A DNA stretch of 64,000 bases from Pirellulales bacterium (GTDB lineage Bacteria > Planctomycetota > Planctomycetia > Pirellulales > JAICIG01), in assembly GCA_040901675.1 (NCBI GenBank), contig JBBDYJ010000016.1, positions 1 through 64,000 on the forward strand, given 5' to 3'. Within the stretch, counting starts at the first letter, position 1. Every line of letters starts with the position of its first letter. Shown here piece after piece: positions 60,886-64,000 of this stretch. Made by a program: the position numbers and the translations under genes. Under the pieces are notes generated by a model. It searched no databases. It was not told the origin of the DNA and saw nothing but the letters and a program-made list of their open reading frames with translations.

Positions 60886-61569
60886 ATGGCACGGCCGACG
60901 GGAATTGCCTGTTCGACCTCGCTTTGGTCGGCCGACCTGGCCAACCTCGAAGCGGAGATCAAACGGGTGGAGCCGTACTCCGAGCGGTTCCATCTGGACG
61001 TCGCCGACGGGCACTACGTCCCGAACCTGCTCTTTTTTCCGGACCTGGTCAAGGCGCTTCGGCCGCATAGCCGGCTGCCGTTCGAAGTGCACCTGATGAC
61101 GATGCGGCCGCTCGATTGGATCGAACCGTTCGTCGAAGCGGGGGCCGACTGCTTTATCCTCTGCTTCGATACGCTGGGGGCCCCGGCCGCCGCCATTGAT
61201 CGGGTCCGCTCCTACGACAAGCAGGTCGGCTTCTCGCTGTTGATCGGTGAGCCGGTGGAGGCGGCCGAGCCGTACCTCGATCAATTGGATGTGCTGACGC
61301 TGATCGGCACGGCCATGGGCATCAAGGGCGCCTCGATGCACGCCAGCCTGCCGGCGAAAATCGGCCGAGCGCGGGAGCTGATCGCCAAGCTGGGGGCGCC
61401 GGCGCTGGTGGAGGCCGACGGCGGCATCCGTCGCGAGACAGTTCCGCTCATGGCCGAAGCCGGCGTGGACATGATCGTGCCCGGTTCCCTGATGTTCCAA
61501 GAGGATCCGCCACGGATGCGGCAGTGGCTGGCGGGCCTGCCGCGCGGCGGAGGAGGCGCGTCGACATGA
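60886..61569 (+). CDS. rpe: Ribulose-phosphate 3-epimerase family protein
   Basis: HLDVADGHYVPN, EVHLM, EADGGI, PGS; somewhat divergent, so substrate is uncertain. Confidence 0.8.
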   Translation: MARPTGIACSTSLWSADLANLEAEIKRVEPYSERFHLDVADGHYVPNLLFFPDLVKALRPHSRLPFEVHLMTMRPLDWIEPFVEAGADCFILCFDTLGAPAAAIDRVRSYDKQVGFSLLIGEPVEAAEPYLDQLDVLTLIGTAMGIKGASMHASLPAKIGRARELIAKLGAPALVEADGGIRRETVPLMAEAGVDMIVPGSLMFQEDPPRMRQWLAGLPRGGGGAST

Positions 61570-62906
61570 GCCGATCGCGTCAGGCCGAGCTGGAGCAGGC
61601 GCTGGCCGACGTGCCGGTGCTCGACGTACACACGCACCTGGTCGGGGGGCGCCTGGGGGCCCGCGGGCTGGAAGATATCCTGCTCTACCACATGGTCGTG
61701 AGCGACCTGTACGCGGCCGGCTGCCCGGCGGGCGCCCGGCTGACGCAATACCCCGCCTGGCCGTCGCGCGAAGAAGCACGCGGGCGGATTGCCGAGGCGC
61801 TTGGTTTTCTCAAGCACATCCGCAACACCAGCTCGTATTGGTGCCTGCAGACGATCGTGCGGGACCTTTACGATTGGCACGAGCCGATCACCGACGACAA
61901 CTGGCCCAAGCTCGACGCCGCGGTCCGCGAGCGGGCCGACGACCGCGGCTGGCATCATGGCATCCTCGACCGGCTCAACATTCACCGCACGGGAACCGAG
62001 ATCGCCCGCAGGGAAGCCGGACAGGACGACGAGCGCCTGCAGTACTCGCTGGAATGGGGTTTCTTCACGCGCTGCCAGTGGGGCGAGTTCGACACGGCCC
62101 TCTACGAGCTGGAACGGTGCTGGGGCCGAAAGCCGGAAAGCCCGTCACCGATCGCCGGCGGCGGCCGCCCGGCGACCGAACGGACAATCCGCGGCCTCGA
62201 CGGCGTACGCGCGGCGGTCAAGCACTACGTCGACAGCATTCCCTACGACCAGGTGTTGTCGACGGCCACCCACATCTCCACCGACATCCATTACCGGCTG
62301 GTGACCGACGACCAGATGACCGCCGCCCTGGAGCGCCGCACGCGCGCCGGGCCGGCCGAGCGCGACATCTACGCTTCGTATGTCCACGAAATGTTCTTGA
62401 CCGGGCTGGAAGAGCAGGCCAAACCGATCGTGTTCGTGTTCAGCCTGGGGGCCGAGCCTCTGCCTTACGAGACGGCGGCGCGGCTCTCGCAGCGGACGAT
62501 CGCCGAGCTGGCCGAGATGATCGGGCGGCACCCGCGGTTGAGCTTCCAGTGCATGCTGGCCAGCCGGCACGCCAACCAGTCGCTGGCCACGCTGGCCCGC
62601 GAGCTGCCAAACCTGAGCCTGGCGGGATACTGGTGGCACAATTTCTTTCCCAGCGCCATCCGCCAGGTGATCTCGGAACGGCTGGACATGCTGCCGGTGA
62701 ACAAGCAGATCGGTTTTCTCTCGGACGCGTACTGCGTGGAGTGGACATACGCCAAGGCACTGCTGGTCCGCAAGCAGTTGGCGCACGTGCTGGCCGGCAA
62801 GATCGAACAGGGGCAATACAGCCAGGCCGACGCGCTGTCGATTGCCCGATCGATCCTCTACGAGAGTCCGCAAACCCTGCTGGGCATGGTGCCCAGGACG
62901 ATGTAG
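61566..62906 (+). CDS. Amidohydrolase-superfamily protein (uronate isomerase-like)
   Basis: DVHTH metal motif, GYWWHNF, SDAY; ATGA overlap with rpe. Confidence 0.65.
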   Translation: MSRSRQAELEQALADVPVLDVHTHLVGGRLGARGLEDILLYHMVVSDLYAAGCPAGARLTQYPAWPSREEARGRIAEALGFLKHIRNTSSYWCLQTIVRDLYDWHEPITDDNWPKLDAAVRERADDRGWHHGILDRLNIHRTGTEIARREAGQDDERLQYSLEWGFFTRCQWGEFDTALYELERCWGRKPESPSPIAGGGRPATERTIRGLDGVRAAVKHYVDSIPYDQVLSTATHISTDIHYRLVTDDQMTAALERRTRAGPAERDIYASYVHEMFLTGLEEQAKPIVFVFSLGAEPLPYETAARLSQRTIAELAEMIGRHPRLSFQCMLASRHANQSLATLARELPNLSLAGYWWHNFFPSAIRQVISERLDMLPVNKQIGFLSDAYCVEWTYAKALLVRKQLAHVLAGKIEQGQYSQADALSIARSILYESPQTLLGMVPRTM

Positions 62907-62990
62907 TGGAAAACGCCGCGGCTCCGGCCGGTACAGGGCGAATCGTTGTCGCTGCCCAGTCCTCGTTTGGTTTTAAAAGAGAGGCGCAAC

Positions 62991-64000
62991 ATGCACAGAC
63001 CGTCCGCAATATCCGCGCTTTTGCTGATTGCCTTCTTGCCGCGCCCGCATTGCCGGGCGGATGAGCCTGCCCAGCCGAGCCAGCGAAAAACCGTGGCGGC
63101 CGTGGCGACCGTCTGGCACACCAACTCCCACGCCGATGTGATTGTAGGCCGGTTGTTGGAGGGAAGGGCGTTGGACGGCCGCGTGGACGAATCGGCGCCG
63201 CGGCTGGTTTCGTTGTATCTCGACCAGGTGCCGGCCCACGATATCGGCCGGAAGCTGGCCGAGCGGCATCAGGTGCCAATCCACCGAACCGTGGCGGAGG
63301 CCTTGACGCTGGGCACCGGCAAGCTGGCGGTCGACGCGGTGCTGCTGGTGGCGGAGCACGGCGATTATCCGGCCTCCGCGACCGGCCAGATCCAGTACCC
63401 CAAGCGGCGGCTGTTCGCCGAAATCGCCGAGGTGTTCGCAGCCAGCGGCCGCTCCGTCCCCGTGTTCGTCGACAAGCACCTGGCGGACAACTGGGAGGAC
63501 GCCAAATGGATCTACGACACGGCCAAGCGGTTGGACGCACCGTTGATGGCCGGGTCGTCGTTGCCGGGGCTATGGCGGTACCCGCCGGTCGACGTCGAGC
63601 GTGGGGCGAAGCTGGACCAGATCGTGGCCGTCTCGTACCACACGCTGGACGCCTATGGCTTTCACGCGCTGGAGATGGTCCAGGCGCTGGCCGAGCGGCG
63701 GCAGGGAAGCGAAACGGGAATCCGGCGGGTGCAATGCTTGGAAGGCGACGCGGTCTGGGAGGCGGGGCGGCAAGGCAAGTACGACCAGGGTCTGCTCCAG
63801 GCGGCCCTGGCCCGGTTGCGTAACCGCCAGGGCGGCGAGGCGGAGTTGTCGGCCGTGGTCCCCGAGCCGGTGCTGTTCAGCATCGAGTACGCCGACGGCC
63901 TGGAGGCGCACGTGCTGACGCTCAACGGCGCGGTGGGGGAGTGGTCGGTCGCCTGGCGCTACGGGGACGGCCGGGTCGATTCGACGTTGTTTTGGACGCA
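62991..64000 (+). CDS. Exported conserved protein, truncated by the window end
   Basis: ATG 62991 after a GAGAGG SD; MHRPSAISALLLIAF...SHADVIVGR...EHGDYP...FVDKHL...MAGSSLP; no stop seen before 64000. Confidence 0.75.
   Translation, partial: MHRPSAISALLLIAFLPRPHCRADEPAQPSQRKTVAAVATVWHTNSHADVIVGRLLEGRALDGRVDESAPRLVSLYLDQVPAHDIGRKLAERHQVPIHRTVAEALTLGTGKLAVDAVLLVAEHGDYPASATGQIQYPKRRLFAEIAEVFAASGRSVPVFVDKHLADNWEDAKWIYDTAKRLDAPLMAGSSLPGLWRYPPVDVERGAKLDQIVAVSYHTLDAYGFHALEMVQALAERRQGSETGIRRVQCLEGDAVWEAGRQGKYDQGLLQAALARLRNRQGGEAELSAVVPEPVLFSIEYADGLEAHVLTLNGAVGEWSVAWRYGDGRVDSTLFWT

Overview
GC-rich bacterial DNA whose gene repertoire (DUF1559-like protein, PQQ/BamB-like propeller, DUF4912, Planctomycete-style F1Fo operon, many heptamer and REP-like intergenic repeats) suggests a Planctomycete; this is inferred. 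Most of the window is core chromosome: hisH/hisA, an EF-G paralog, cysE, the complete atp operon, larE, holA, eda, clpX, bioA, queD and rpe. The main accessory feature is a 16.8-kb, nine-gene minus-strand defence operon (about 29.9-46.7 kb): XRE-HTH/SNF2 helicase/DUF3883-like, AlbA_2(Schlafen-like)-HATPase, solo ParA, DUF1156-type N6-adenine methylase, YhcG-like PD-(D/E)xK nuclease, DUF499-type AAA+ ATPase, SIR2, HerA and KTSC. It ends in a 59-bp integron attC-like element. Next to that end lie a frameshifted CHC2 zinc-finger remnant and a promoter-headed array of degenerate non-coding repeats. Other notable items are an orphan DNA methylase, a MotA/TolQ gene followed by two ExbD-like coiled-coil genes, and two candidate structured RNAs (about 24.1-24.27 kb and 60.04-60.26 kb). 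No CRISPR array, tRNA, rRNA or integrase was found. All family calls come from motif recognition by eye, not database searches.
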